Below are positions 1-13,030 of a stretch of 64,000 nucleotides of DNA, piece after piece. The DNA is taken from positions 30,421,990 through 30,485,989 of the forward strand of contig NC_052158.1 in NCBI RefSeq assembly GCF_902713615.1, in the 5' to 3' direction. Position 1 is the first letter of the stretch. Each line of letters begins with the position of its first letter. Source of the DNA: Scyliorhinus canicula (Eukaryota). The translations under genes and the position numbers were made by a program. Under the pieces are notes generated by a model that worked only from the letters and a program-made list of their open reading frames with translations, was not told where the DNA came from and made no database searches.

Positions 1-39
1 TTCCTTCTTAAATGCATCCCACTGTTCAGTCACAGATTT

Positions 40-150
40 ACCTAGGAGGGGTTATTGGGTTCCGGGGGTACGGTGGACGTGAGGGCTTAGAGTTGGCCGG
101 TGCAGACTCGATGGGCCGAATGGCCTCCTTCTGCACTATATGTTCTATAA
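40..150 (+). mobile_element. HE1-type SINE 3' part
   Basis: gccggtgcagactcgatgggccgaatggcctccttctgcacta..ttcta CR1-like tail shared with other copies in the window. Confidence 0.7.
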
Positions 151-849
151 TGTACTTCCCATGTTTCTCGAGCACGGAGTCTTCCTAGAATCTACTCGGG
201 AACGTCAAATAAACAGAAAATACTTAAACATGTTACCAGAAAAAAGAACCGCTGCCCAGATCATTATGTTCGGAATAATTTCTGTTCGCTGTCTCCAAAT
301 AATAGACAGTCTAAAGGAAGCGTGGGTCATGAACGCTGCTCCTTTTAGTGCAAAGATCACTCTGGCCAGAATATGATGAAATGGAACATGTTGTTTACCA
401 CTTTCTCGCTGTCTATTTTGGTAGACCTGGATTTGACTCTACCTCTCTCGGCTATGTTCAGTATTTTTTTTTTTGCATGCCTGTGCACCAGCGCTGCATT
501 ATTTTGTCCGCTGAAGAACGAGTAATATAGGGTGCTGTAATTCCGAAATAAAAACACGACATTCTGGGGCTCTCAACTGGTCAGGTTAGAATCTATGGAG
601 AACCCGGACACGTTAAGCTTCTCGGTGTAAGCTCTTCCTCAAAGACATCTGCTAGGGCCGCAAATGTTGACTGAAGGTTTTTGTGCTTCGAGCATTCCCT
701 CTTTTTGTTCGGCTTCTATCACCAACATCCGTACCAATATAAATATTTGGTCATTGCTCTCTCTTGTACTTTTGGGAATTTGCATTTAATTTCTATAAAA
801 ATGGAGTAGAAATACAATATTTACGCGGTTAGTTTAAAGAACCGTTTGA

Positions 850-2140
850 GATATTGATTGATTGATATTGATTGATATTTATTGTCACATGTACCAGAGT
901 ACCGTGAAAAGTATTTATCTGAGGCCAAGGGAACGTACACAGTACATACGGAGTAGACAAAAGAATAATCGACAGAGTGCATTGACAATGGCACATCAAC
1001 AAATAGAGATTGTTTACAGTGCAGAACAAGGGACAAACAAGTGCAGCATAGGGCGTCGTGAATAGTGTTCTTACAGGGAACAGATCAGTTCAAGGGAGAG
1101 CCGTTGAGGAGTCTTAAAGCTGTGGAGAAAAAACTGTTCCTATGTACGGATGCGGGGTTCTTCAGACTTCTGTATCTTCTGCCTGATGGAAGGGTCTGGA
1201 AGAGGGCAAAGCTTGCGTGTGAGGCGTCTCTGACTCTGCTGCCTGTCTTTCTGGGGCGGTGGAAGGTGTACACAGAATCAATGGTAGGATGGCAAGATTG
1301 TGTGATGCATTGGGCAGAGTTCACCACACTCTGCAGTTCCTTACAATCTTGAGCCGATCAGTTGCCATACCAAACAGTAATGCAGCCGGATTGGACGCTC
1401 TCTATGGCACATCTATGGAACATCTGTGCGAGTCGATGTAGACATGCCGAATTTATTTTGTTTCCACAGGAAGTAGATAAGTTGTTGGGTTTTCTTGACT
1501 GTTGCATCAACGTGAGTGGGCCAGGACAGACTCATGGTGATGGTGACCCCAGGAAGTTAAAGCAATCGAGCATCTCTACTTCGGAGCCATTGATGTAGAT
1601 AGGGGGGGGGGGGGTAGTTCTACGTTTCCTGGTCGATCTTAAGTTCCTTGGTCTTTCCAATATTTAGAGAGAGGTTGCTTTCGGTACAGCATGCAACCAA
1701 GTGATCTACCTCCCTTCTGTAGTCTGATTCGTCCATGTTTGAGATACGTCCCACCACAGTCGTATCATCTGCAAACTTATAGATTGAATTGGAGTTGAAT
1801 CTTGCCACAGTCCTGTGTGCATAGGGAGTACAGTAGAGGACAGAGCACACATACGTGTGGGACCCCGATGTTGAGGACTATTGTGGAGGAGGTGTTGTTA
1901 CCTATCCTGACAGATTGCGGTCTGTTGGTGAGGATGTTAAGGATCCAGCTGCACAGGGAGGGGTGAAGTGCAATGTCGTAGAGTTTGGTTATGTCTTGTT
2001 GGGATAATGGTGTTGAATTCGGAACTGTAGTCTATAAACAACAGTCTGATGTAGGTGTCCTTGTTATCGAGGGTTGATTGTAGAGCCAGAGAGATAGCAT
2101 CTGCTGTGGATTGGTTGCCGTGGTAGGCACACTGCAAAAG
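850..2140 (-). mobile_element. 5'-truncated Rex1/Babar-type LINE (RT fragment)
   Basis: ORFs 1937-2179 ([10 protein letters not shown]...[18 protein letters not shown]) and 1620-1850 (KFADDTTVVGRISN..ES.YRREV); microsatellite tail gatattgatt near 850-880. Confidence 0.75.
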
Positions 2141-2183
2141 ATCGAGACCATCTGGGAGGCTGGCTCTGATCCGTCTCACAACA

Positions 2184-2380
2184 GGGGCTAGTTTAGCACA
2201 TTGGGCTAAATTCGCTGACTTTTAAAGCACACCAAGGTAGGACAGCAGCACGGCTCAATTCTCGTACCAGCCTCCCTGAACAGGCGCCGGAATGTGGCGA
2301 CTAGGGGCTCTTCACAGTAACATCATTGAAGCCTACTCTTGACAATAAGCAATTTTCATTTCATTTCATTTTTTCATTTT
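2184..2380 (+). mobile_element. tRNA-head SINE, second family (tail ...gcgccggaatgtggcgactagggg..., (catt)n end)
   Basis: Homologous to copies at 9490-9770 (tail), 51725-51910 (minus strand) and 63480-63580. Confidence 0.7.
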
Positions 2381-3579
2381 CTTAACTAGCCGCTCGAAGC
2401 ATTTCATGATTGCAGATGTCAGGGGCCACCGGTCGGTAGTTGTTAAGGCACGCCACCTTGTCCTTCTTTGGTACTGGTATTATGGTGGTCTTCTATCATC
2501 TACGACCACTAAAGGCAGTGGTGACTTTAGAAATTCTTTGGGCAGAGACTCTGCAAGAAATCTATTTCACTTCATATCATTAAAACTAATTTAACCAAAA
2601 TGAAGCATTTGCACTTTTTCCCATCAAGCTTATCTTTCAATAAAGTTCCTGATCAGGTTGAGATGCAAGTCTTCAAAAATCGATATGATCACCAAGCATC
2701 TGCTCCTAATTACCTTTGATCATGGTACGGTTACACATGGCAATGGAAAAGAGAGATCAAACATCATAAGAAAACCCTTTAATGTAAAGACAAATTAATT
2801 ATATACCACTGAAGTGTGTTTTTGTTTATTGCATTCAATAATTCGGAAGTCATTGTCTATAGCCAGGAGGCCAGAATTTAGTATCGAGCTCTAACTGTCT
2901 TTGAGAATCTATTTGTGAAACGTCTTCTTGAAATGTGCAATGCATATTTCTATGTACATTCAATGTGCATATAGGGGAGGACAGCTGTGGTTCTTACCAG
3001 GGGCAATGAAGAAACTATGATATATTGTCAACTCAATATGATCTGTCTTTTGGCGGAAAACATGAGGATGTTGCCGTTCTTATTTGCCTGCTGCCTTTGC
3101 CCTTCTAGATGGTAACGACTGTGGATTTTTGTTGCTGTAGGGCATCTTGTCAATGGTACAGAGCGCTTTAAAAAACTATTAATATCAGGGGTAGGTTGTA
3201 ACTTCAAGGTCTTGTTTGAATTCAAATTCCACTTTTAGTCATTCGAACCTTTAACCATATCAACTAAAGGAGATTTTTTTTTAAGTGGCTCAGGAAATAT
3301 TGCTTAAGTTATACATGAATATTTATCAAAGCAGGGCAGTGACTTTGCAGGCATATTCATCCTTCATGGACCAGCATCGCGCATGTGGCAAAACTTTGTC
3401 TGTTTTCTCCACATAAGTTTTGTGCTGTTATGCTTCACTGTGGAGTGCAGGATCTAAACAGTTTCAAACTTTTTTTACACCTTGATCAGTAAAAGATGCT
3501 ACTTATTAACGCTTTCCAATTGGCAGCCAAGAGCATGATCAATGATATTCTGGCATTATGACTTTTTAATATTCATTTT

Positions 3580-5095
3580 TATGGAATGTGCACTTCGCTG
3601 GCCCATTCCTAATTCCCTTTGAAGAGGTGGTGGTGAGTGGCCTTCTTGAATAGCTGCAGCCCATGTGCTATAGGTACACAGACTGTGCTACTAGAGAGAG
3701 AGAGTTCCAAGACTTTGACCCAGCGATAGTGAACGAATGATGATTCAGTTCCCAAACAGAGTGGTGAATGACTTGGAGGGGAGCTTCCAGGTAGCGGTGT
3801 TCCCATGTATCTGCTGTCCTTCTTCTCGATTGTAGTGGTTGTGTGCGTGGAATGTGCTGCCTAAGGAAACTTGGTGGGTTCGTGCAGTGCATTTTGTAAA
3901 TGGTACACACGGCTGCCATAGTGCATCGGAAGTGGAGGGAGTGAATGCCTGTGGAAGGGATGCAAATCAAGCTGGCTGCTTTGTCGTAGATAGTGTGGTG
4001 TCTTGAGTGATGTGAGGGTGGCACCCATCCAGACAATTGTTGAGTATTCTTTCACATTCCTGTTGTTACGTGTAGTTGGTGGACAGGCGTTGAGGAGTGC
4101 CATGTGAGAGTACCTTTAAGAAATGCATGTTTAAGCAATGTACCTTTAAGAAATGGAGCTATGCTCACTTCTGCTTTTAGTTTCAGTTTGGGCGAGCAGC
4201 TGAAAAGTGCCTGGCTGGTTTACTGAGAGCTGCAGAAGAAAACGAGCTTGGGTGTGTCGTTGTTTGCAGTGAGCTGGATCTGTTGTGATATCTGCCATGA
4301 AAGACTGTCTCTGAATCATTTGGGTGATTTAAACTCATAATAGTAATGTATTTAACCTGATGTGTTTCTGTTGTTAAAGGTAAAGTCTTTTGGAGGTTTG
4401 AAGGATCATTTTGAGGGGTTATTTAGTGTTGTATTATTTTCGTGGTTATCTTTGAAGTAAGGGGTGTGAAGTTAAACGGGGATGTTGGTTGAACTCCATC
4501 ATACATTTTGGGGTTCTCAAAACGCCGCTCCCATAACAGGAGCAAGGGGTTGGGTTACTTGCCGCATGATTCCTACCCTCTGACTTGCTCTTGTAGCCAA
4601 AGTATTTATTTGTCTATCCCAGTTCAGTTTCCGGTCAAGGATAGCCTCTTCGATGGTGGAGAATTCAGTATTGGCTTTACCATTGAATGTTATTTGCCAC
4701 TGGTCAACCCAAGCCTAGATATTTCCCAGTCTTGCTGCACTTGCACGTGGACTGCTTCGCTTTCTGAGAAGCCACGAATGGTGCTGAACATTGTGCAGGC
4801 ATCAGCAAGCATCCCCGCATGTGACGTTATATAGGAAGGAAGGTCATTGATGAAGCAGCTGAAGATTGTTGGGCCGAGGACAGTACCCTTAGGAACTCCT
4901 GCACTGATGCCCCTGGACTGAGCTGACTGACCTCCAACAGGCAGAACCATTTTCCTTTGCGTTAGGCATGACTCCAGTCAGGTGGAGATTTTTCTCCCAG
5001 ATCCCATTAACTTCGGTTTTGCTCGGGCCTCTTGTTGCCATACTCGAACAAATGCTGCCTTGATGTGAAGTGCAGTCACTTTCACCCTGACAATT
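3580..5095 (-). mobile_element. Old CR1-superfamily LINE 3' region, interrupted by a solo LTR
   Basis: ORF 4690-4950 GVPKGTVLGPTIFSCFINDLPS; the same family recurs at 16040-16970 (+), 31630-32350, 47540-48050 and 60000-60380. Confidence 0.75.
4098..4538. mobile_element. Solo LTR (441 bp, TG...CA) with 4-bp TSD GGAG
   Basis: ggag|tgccatgtgagagtacc ... ctcccataaca|ggag; ends like the Gypsy 3' LTR at 38914 (cccataaca). Confidence 0.75.
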
Positions 5096-6596
5096 CACTC
5101 TGGCATTTATCTTGGCATGTCCATATGCTAATTTTCTTAATGTGTATATGAGTGATCTATAACTGGTCCCTTAGTTGAAGATCATCGAATGATGTCACTT
5201 CGCACTACATCCTGTCTGTCCTTTAAAAATGTAAATTACGTAGGGGACATCCTCCTTTTTGCAGCTTATGTGTGTTACTTCAACAACGTATTGCTAAAAT
5301 GAAATGCTTTTTTAAAATATTGTCTTTAACCATTTGTTTAAGATCGTAGAAATGTGTTTTCATACTCTCATGAATGATATCTTGGGCACATTGTCTCACA
5401 ATTTGGGGCGACTTAGTTGAAGTTTCTATTAAATTAGACCTCTCTCGGTGACTTGTTTTCTGCCATTGTCATTTTGTGGCTGTATTTCTTCTTTCTGTTT
5501 TTCGTACTTTTAAATAGTTGCTTTGCTTTTCAATAAATATATAGAATGTAAGTTGCTTCTAACAATAAAACTGTAAAAACCTACTGCAGAAGATTACCCC
5601 AGAAAATGCAAAAGATTACAAAGTAGGCGGCACGTAAGTGGGGTACAGTGTGTGTGAAATGTAAGTACATACAATAATGAGTGCGTCACACGGAAGGTTA
5701 TAAAGAAACCTGATACATTCAGTTAACCCACATACTGGAGTGATAATCATGTAAAAGGTCTCCTTCTGCACTGTATGGATTCTATGATTTTATGCTTCAA
5801 TCTGGCTAATTGAAGTGGCAATACGCACAACAGGAGTCTCTTCTGCAGTTGTTCAACTCCTTAGTGTGTCCCATATATTCTGGACATTTCTCTGTGAAGT
5901 GATGAGAAACAGAGTCACATGATGGTAAGTGCTGCACTCCTCTCTTGGTTACATCTGAAACATATCATATTACGTTAATCAATATATTGTGTGCATAAAC
6001 TAAACTAAAAGTAATTGTTTGACATCAATTTCCCTATAGAGCTGTCAATCAAGCGGGATGCTATTTTGCAGAGGTTGTTAAACTTCTTGAGTGTCACTGA
6101 AGCTGCATTCAACAAGATTAAACCAATTAATCTATTGTGCCTTGGAGTGGTGGAGATCCCTGGGGAGTGTCAGAAAGGTTGGATAAAACAAAGATTAAAT
6201 GTGGGATGCAAAAGAGCATTGTGGCGCAGTGGTTATCTCTGCTGCCTACGACGCTGAGGACCTGGGTTCAATCCTGGCCGCAGGTCACTGTCCGTGCGGA
6301 GTTTTAATATTCTTCCCGTCTCTGCATGCGTTTCGCACCCACAACCCAAAATTATGGAGTTTAGATGGATTGGGCACACTAACTGCTCCTTAATTGGAAA
6401 AACAAATTAAATATCTTGGATGAAAATAGTTAGTTGATAAGCATTCAGGTGCCGTGAGGGGTTTCTGATATGCGAATTAGCTTAGCAATTGGGTAAACAG
6501 ATATTTTGTCAAGTGAAGTGGGGAATAATAGAATAGAGAATCTCAGCTATCAAAACTACAGAAGGTTACCTCCTGGGTAAAGCTCCTATACAACGC

Positions 6597-9220
6597 TCCC
6601 ATGCCGAGCGTATGGACCAACAATACCAACTCCCGATACTTCCCCCTGCACAGGGACACCAGGCAAGGTTGCCCACAGGCCCCACTGCTGTTCGCTCTAG
6701 CGATTGAACCACTAGCAATCGCGCTCAGAGCAGCACAAAGCTGGAGGGGGATAGAAAGGAGAGGCAGGGCGCACAGAGTCTCACTCTATGCAGATGACAT
6801 GCTCCTCTACATTTCGGACCCACAGAGCAGCATGGACAGAATCATCGCGCTCCTGAAAGAGTTTGGCGCCTTCTTGGGCTACAAACTCAACATGAGCAAA
6901 AGTGAGATCTTCCTGGTACACCCACAAGTAGGGAGGTGGGGGGGGGGGGGCAGCACTAACGGGACTGCGGTTTAAACAAGCCCGACACAAATTCCCCTAC
7001 CTGGAGATCCAAATAGCCCATGACTGAAAATGGAACCTCACCAGTCTGACGGAGGAATTAAAAAAGGACCTGCAAAGATGGAACACTCCCACTCTCCCTC
7101 GCGGGGAGAGTCCAGATGATCAAAATGACCATACTGCCCAGGTACCTCTTCGTACTTAGATCCATTCCGATCTACATCCCCAAGGCCTTTTTCAAAGCAT
7201 TGGACAAACTAATCATGGCGTTCGTAATGGGGGGGGGGGGGGGGGGGAATGCTAGAATCCCAAATCAGGCCCTACAAAAAACAAAATCCAGGGGGGGCTA
7301 GCTCTCCCAAACCTACAATTCGACCACTGGGGGGCAACGGCCGAGCAAATAAGGGGATGGATGAAGGAGCCAGAAGCCGAGTGGGTGCACGCAGAAGAGG
7401 CCTCTTGCATGGGAACCTCCCTCCGGGCCCTTGCCACGGCAGCACTCCCATCCCCACCCAAAAATACACTCCAGCAGCCCAGTGGTGAAAGCCTGGAACC
7501 AACTACAGCAGCAATTTTGCCTGACCCAAATGTCGGACAAAGCTCCCATCTGCAACAACCATAGGTTCACACCAGCACTGACTGATGCCACCTTCAAGTG
7601 GTGGGGGCAGGATGGCGGGACACTGACAGTCAGGGACCTACATACGGATGGCAGGATCGCAACACTGGGCGAACTGACAGAGAAATTCCAGCTAGCCAGG
7701 GGGAACAAGCTAAGGTATCTACAGCTCAAAAACTTCTTACGAAAGGAGACAAGGACATACCCACAACTGCCACAACAGACAATACTGGAAGAACTACTGG
7801 CGCAAGCATACTAGACAAAGAAAACAGTAATGTCGCGTATGACCGACTGATAGAAAGGGCCGACATCGTAGTGGACGTAACAAGAAAGAAATGGGAGGAA
7901 CACCTGGGGATTCAGATAGGGTGGGGATTCTGGAACGAAGCACTGCATAGTCAACTCCACCGCCACGTGCGCAAGGCTCAACCTGACACAGCTAAAAGTG
8001 GTACAATGAGCCCACTTAACAAGTAGCTGTATTAGTAGGTTCTTCCCGGAAGTGGAGGAAAGATGTGAATAGTGCCAAGGAGGCCCGGCCAACCACGCCA
8101 ACATTTTCTGGTCTTGCCCCAGACTTGCAGGATACTGGACAGGCTTCTTCGATGCAATGTCCAAAGTGGTGGGGATGAGGGTGCAGCCAGGCCCGAAAGT
8201 GGCGGTTTTCGGGGTTTCGGACTAGCCAGATCTATTCCTGGGGAGGAGGGTGGATGCCCTTGTCTTTGCCTTCCTGATCAACTGCCGTAGAATCATGTTC
8301 AGGCTGACGGTCAGCAGCACCACCCAAAGCTGCAGACTGGCTCTCCGATCTCTTGGAATCTCTCCAAATGGAGAAAATCAAATTCGCCATCTGGGGGTCA
8401 GACGACGGATTCCACAGAACGTGGGAGCCATTCACGCAATTGATCCGGGTCCTGTTTGTGGCCACGAACAAGAGGAAGAGTAGCCAGGTAGCCAAGAATC
8501 AGGGGAAAGTAACCAAAGCATGAAAGGGAGAGATAGACCGGGAGGGGGGGGGGGGGGGGGGGACAGCTAAACCTAAGAGGGAAGAAAGGCGAACCACGGG
8601 AGGGGGAGGGGGACAGAGGGAAGAGATAGGGAACAGGAGAGGAGAACCAGAGAGGTGAGGGGAGGCAGGGAAATGAGAGCCGGAAGGAAGGCGCGGGATA
8701 TAATCACGAACATGGCATCTCCAGGAGTAAGGAACAAGGAGAATGACGACAAAAGACGGGAGGAATGGCAGAAGCGGACGTGAGCGGGAGATGGCAGTGA
8801 GCTCCGTCTGGGAGAAGCAAGCGGCAAAAACACCAAACCCATTCGAGTATTGCCCACTGTGATTATTCCTCCAGCACCCAAATGTATACTTATCTCCCAA
8901 GTCTCCATCCCCTCCCTTCCCCCCCCCCAAATCCCCCCCCCCCCACCCCACCGCAAACATTCGCCTACTTATAGGTTGTAAATTATTTTGCCAGTTGTAC
9001 AGAGTTGCTGCTATTGAGGTAGTGCACAATACCCTACCAGTTATTCTATTTTATTTTTTATTGTATTTTTTTAACTATTTACTATTTTGTTTTCTTTGGT
9101 ATGTTTGGGTGTGCCCTTCTCTTTTTATATGTGTGTATATATATATGTTTCTTATCCTGTGTACATAACGGTAAATTACTTTGTTCATAAACCCATTAAA
9201 AAACATTGATAAAAAAAACT
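6597..9220 (+). mobile_element. 5'-truncated L1-clade LINE (RT C-terminal half, 3' UTR, poly-A)
   Basis: RDTRQGCPQAPLLFALAIEPLA, HRVSLYADDMLLY, IKMTILPRYLF motifs; G-rich 3' UTR; A-tail near 9200-9220; frameshifts at poly-G runs. Confidence 0.9.
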
Positions 9221-9489
9221 ACCGAAGATGGCATTTCAAACTGGACACATAAGAATGCGTGTCATATTTATATGCATAATTTCTGAGGTCAGTTGTTTTG
9301 ATAGGTTAACATCAAAATGAATTAAGGATATATCAGTGACAGGGTCAGTTCTGTCGTGCAGTGGGAGAAACACAGTTGATGAGAGCTTCAGATCATAGCC
9401 ACGGACAGACGGAACCAAGCTTCCAGCTAGAGATGTGGCTGTTATGAAAACCTCTAAAATTCTATGCTGAACCAGAAAATAGTATAGTG

Positions 9490-9770
9490 GTTACCACCGT
9501 TGTTTCACAGCGCGTATCCCAGGTGCGATTCCCGGCTTGGGTCACTGTCTGCACGTTCTCCCTGTGTCTGCGTGGGTTTCTTCCGGGTGCTCCGGTTTCC
9601 ACCCACAAGTCCCAAAAGACGTGCTGTTAGATCATTTGGACATTCTGAATTCTCCATCTGTGTACCCGAACAGGTGCCGGAATGTGGTGACTGGGGACTT
9701 TTCACAGAAACATCATTGCAGTGTTAATGTAAACCTACTTGTGACAGTAAAGATTATTATTATTATTAAA
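9490..9770 (+). mobile_element. tRNA-head SINE with (att)n tail
   Basis: HE1-like head and body joined to the second-family tail. Confidence 0.7.
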
Positions 9771-9974
9771 AAGACATCCACAAATAAAGGCAAAGATGGT
9801 GTATAATAACTATTTGCTGCATTGGGCTGGTACTGGTGTCCCTTTTTCGATGTTGTTTTCGTTAACGAGACAGTTTCAGACTTTAAGGACGTAGGTCGAC
9901 GTGGAATGGCGTTAATTGAGATGTACTGTGTGTAGCCATTATTGTAGTTCGTTTAGTTTTATGTTGTGGTCTTA

Positions 9975-10205
9975 TAGAATTTACAGTGCAGAAGGAGACC
10001 AGTCGGCCCATCGAGTCCGCACCAGCTCTTGGAAAGAGCACCCTACTCAAGCCCACACCTCCATCCTATCCCCATTACCCAGTAACCCCACCCAACACTA
10101 AGGGCAATTTTGGACACCAAGGGACAATTTAGCATAGCCAATCCACCTAACCTACTCATCTTTGGAATGTGGGAGGAAAACGGAACACCCGGAAAAACCC
10201 ACGCA
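9975..10205 (-). mobile_element. HE1-type SINE (5'-truncated)
   Basis: Reverse complement of the HE1 body and tail seen at 26597-26930. Confidence 0.75.
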
Positions 10206-10399
10206 CACACGGGATAATAAAAATTATTTTCATGGAATGACGACAATACGCCTGGACTTTTCCTCATTGGTTTGCATGTTTTTTTCCCCTCACATTGTAC
10301 TAAATTGCAAAATTAACAATTAAGCACCACCGTTCCACATTACCATTCTGGATTTTGGGATTGTCTTGCATGCAAAATCAGCCGTTTTTTTTTACCAAG

Positions 10400-10609
10400 C
10401 GTGAGGAAGTGAGTCAGGAACTTGCCTATGCTTCAATATCTGACAGGTACTTGACTGATACCAACGGTTCCAGTACAGTGATGAAGCATTGCCACGGAGC
10501 AGACATGCATTCACTTAACCCTGCTACTGAGGCACAATTCAAAAACGTATATGGTAACAGCAAAGAACTTCATGATACACTGTCATCTCAGTGGAGAACG
10601 TGGAGGTAA
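10400..10609 (+). CDS. Candidate terminal cytoplasmic exon with ITIM LAYASI (69 aa + stop)
   Basis: Acceptor gttttttttaccaag|, phase 0, REEVSQELAYASISDRYLTDTNGSS...KNVYGNSKELHDTLSSQWRTWR*; unique, non-repeat sequence; upstream exons not secure. Confidence 0.4.
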   Translation, partial: REEVSQELAYASISDRYLTDTNGSSTVMKHCHGADMHSLNPATEAQFKNVYGNSKELHDTLSSQWRTWR

Positions 10610-10743
10610 ACACACCGAAAACACCAACATCAACATCACCAATATTTGGAGGAACAACATTTTCCAAATAATGGAATAGCAAATTGGAAAGGTTGAAGCA
10701 CAACCTTACGCAATCTTTCGGCTACCTACTTGAATACGCCACA

Positions 10744-11111
10744 TATAGAACATCGAACAGTACAGCACAGAACAGGCCCTTCGGCCCTCGATGTTGTGCC
10801 GAGCAATGATCACCCTACTCAAACCCATGTATCCACCCTATACCCGTAACCCAACAACCCCCCCCCTCCCTTAACCTTACTTTTTAGGACACTACGGGCA
10901 ATTTAGGATGGCCAATCCACCTAACCCGCACATCTTTGGACTGTGGGAGGAAACCGGAGCACCCGGAGGAAACCCACGCACACACGGGGAGGACGTGCAG
11001 ACTCCGCACAGACAGTGACCCAGCTGGGAACCGAACCTGGGACCCTGGAGCTGTGAAGCATTTATGCTAACCACCATGCTACCGTGCTGCCCCCATGCTA
11101 CCGTGCTGCCC
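10744..11111 (-). mobile_element. Full-length young HE1-type SINE with a 19-nt tandem duplication of its 5' end
   Basis: Near-identical to 26597-26930; ccatgctaccgtgctgccc occurs at 11074-11092 and 11093-11111; (agaacat) tail. Confidence 0.85.
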
Positions 11112-11829
11112 AGATATATTCCTGACTTCAGAATCTTTCTGCAAGGTCCATTCCTATTATTTGCCTGCCGCGTTTATAGAAATGTTCGTGTATAAGGTGA
11201 GATTTTGTTGTATATTTTTCCCTCCGGGTATTGGATTTACTGGCTTGGACAAACAAGCGGCTCTATATATACACAGAAAGCAATCTCACATGCGGGAGAC
11301 AGTATTTCGCAGCCAGCATGTGTTCTTTCATAATAGCATGTCCCAAATTCGGATGGAAATATATTCTGAATATCAATCCTAGGCCATGTTATTTGGGAAC
11401 CGCAAGGTGGGGGGGGGGGGGGGGGAGAGAGAAACAGGACAGATCTAAATGGAGAAATCTCTTTCGTGGACTTCTCGACTTTTCAGGAGAACTGAGTCAG
11501 GACACGTGATCATGCCACAAAGCCACTGTAGTCGCCCACCAGTCCAATGGTGAATTGATTTGTAATATTTGTAATCGGGTCTTCAAATTGAGATTTGGAT
11601 TTTTATCACATTAGATACAATATCAACCCGGACAGCGAGCAAATTGTCTAATCGCTACACACTCATCCCTTTCCGCAACTGGATAATAAAACATGTGAGA
11701 ATAGAATAGGCTGTCTTTGTAAGCAGTGTGAATCACCTGTCCATCAAAGATCACCTTTGCTTCACTGTCACCAAACCAGAAACGTGGGACATTTTACATA
11801 ACCGATCGGCTTCAGCGTCGCCGGTCCGA

Positions 11830-12345
11830 CCTCCTACCCAACCTTGGAAATGCCCACTGAACTCTGGAACCGCTTGCCCGACTGCAGAACCGCCCACCTA
11901 GCTTCTGAATCGCATCGAGGAGGGCAGACAGGAGGCAGGAGCACACAATGCGGAGGAGTGAGCGGGCGAGGTGGGGGGGGGGGGGGGGGGAGAGGGGCGG
12001 GGAGGCAAGGAAGGAACTCAGAGAATAGCAATGAAAGAGATGGGAATAGACCGACGGGGGAGGGGCCAGGGAGCGGCTCCCCTCCCCACACCAGCGAACC
12101 CAGACAACATCAAGAACGGCGGAAGAAAAGAGCGAAGTTCAGCAATACGACGCCCAGTGCGAAAGGGGTTGCCAGAAGGGAGCTCGACTATCAACGGCGG
12201 AGAAGCGGATGCGGTGCACGGAGGGGGGGGGGGGGGGGTGAATTTGTACATAAGTCATCATACCCTGTAAATATCATGTGTCTTATATGTTAAACTGTTG
12301 GACAGTAAAAATTGGAAAAAGCGAATAAAAATATGTTTTAAAAAT
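11830..12345 (+). mobile_element. L1-clade fragments (ORF1 start joined to 3' UTR with poly-A)
   Basis: G-rich 3' UTR similar to 8500-9220, ending gaataaaaatatgttttaaaa. Confidence 0.5.
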
Positions 12346-12584
12346 CACCCACCCGACTGCAGAACACCTCAGCTAACTTTAAAACCGCCCAACCGACTTT
12401 AGAACCATCCAGCAGATGCGTTACTGTGTTTCCAGAAGACAGCCCGCTACCGGATTCTCAGTGACCGTTAGAATGCGCAACAAATGCTTGTATTGCTAGA
12501 AGCGGTCACATAGCATCAAATACTTTTTTAATCAATCCGTGACGCAATATTCGGTAAGACTGTCGAAGATGCAGACTATAAACA

Positions 12585-13030
12585 TCGAAACATAGAAATT
12601 CAGAACAGAGGGAGGCTAATCGGCCCTTAGAAACTTTTCCGGCATTCGTTATTATCATGGCTGATGATCCAACTCAAAAGCCTAATTTCGCTTTCCTCCC
12701 ATATGCATTGATCCCTCCACCCTAAGTGCCATATTTAACCTATTCTTGAAAACATACAATGTTTTGGACTCGACTACCTACTGCAGTAACGAATTCGACA
12801 GGTCGACCGACCACTCTGGGTGAAGACATTTCTCCTAATCTTTCCGTAAACGTAAATGGTCCACCCCGTGCCCTCAGACTGTGACCCTTGGTTCTGGACA
12901 CATTCACTATCTTGAAGATCCGTCCTGCATCCACTGTATCTAGTCATGTTCGAATTTCACAGGTTTCCAAGAGATCCAACCTCGTTTTTCTGTACTGCAG
13001 CGAATACAATCCTAACCGATTCAATGTTTT
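12585..13030 (-). mobile_element. CR1 LINE 3' end
   Basis: Minus frame LNRLGLYSLQYRKTRLDLLETC..RTKGHSLR; (agaaacat) tail. Confidence 0.75.

Noticed and set aside
6597-8500. Poly-Gly/Pro ORFs and frameshifts at long G-runs
   Set aside because: L1 remnants with homopolymer-length errors or expansions, not host genes.
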